A stretch of 64,000 nucleotides of DNA from Nymphaea colorata (taxonomy: Eukaryota). Below are positions 63,581 to 64,000 of this stretch, in pieces. How positions within the stretch are numbered: position 1 is the stretch's first letter; each line of letters begins with the position of its first letter. The notes under the pieces were generated by a model, which made no database searches, was not told the origin of the DNA, and worked only from the letters and a program-made list of their open reading frames with translations. The translations under genes were made by a program, and so were the position numbers. Location of the stretch: the NCBI RefSeq assembly GCF_008831285.2, contig NC_045138.2:13268001-13332000 (forward strand), read 5' to 3'.

Positions 63581-64000
63581 CCTAGTTCAGTTTTGGGAAA
63601 ATACAGGAGGAAGATAAAAATTACATAAACAGGAAAATATATGTAAACCTAGAATGCACACCGATATTATTATATAATAATAATAATAGACATGGTTAAC
63701 TGGACTTGTTATAGCTGGCGATTTAATTTGGTATTTTGGAACAACACCAGCCAGTGCGACAGGGGTGTGGAGGCCTTTAAGAGTCTGTGTTACTTCGCAT
63801 CCGTCCATTTTTGCTCGCATCAGTAGGCGGCATGAAATGGCTGAGAAGGACCTGCAAGGCTGGGTTTTACTATCTATGGCAGATAATGCAACATCAGCCA
63901 TTTTTTGACTATTGAATGGATGAAAGTTGGTCCATGTTTTGTTCAGTCTCTTGTGCTTTAACCTTTGTACTGTTTAAGGAATTGATATATTCTTGCTTCA

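Overview
Flowering-plant nuclear genomic DNA with spliceosomal introns, MITEs and retroelement debris. There are no prokaryotic features and no CRISPR array. Hand-splicing gives five apparently intact genes: a DUF3128/EMI1-like twin-CX9C protein (+), a DEAD-box-like/CMS1-type protein with degenerate catalytic motifs (+), an HD2/HDT histone deacetylase with a C2H2 finger (-), a DUF7054/At4g22758-family protein with a candidate peptide uORF (-), and VPS33 (+, runs off the window end, needs one GC-AG intron). Between about 17.5 and 25.7 kb is a zone of decayed genes: an intron-containing ADH-like pseudogene fragment, an intact tRNA-Leu(UAA), a full-length intron-containing U2AF35 pseudogene and unidentified exon-like pieces. 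The 39-50 kb region holds a Tourist MITE, a truncated L1-type LINE and a 4-kb solo-LTR-like block. Family names come from recalled motifs, not from searches. I found no convincing new multi-gene system. The best leads are the uORF, the probable pseudo-helicase, the pseudogene zone and a templated insertion.
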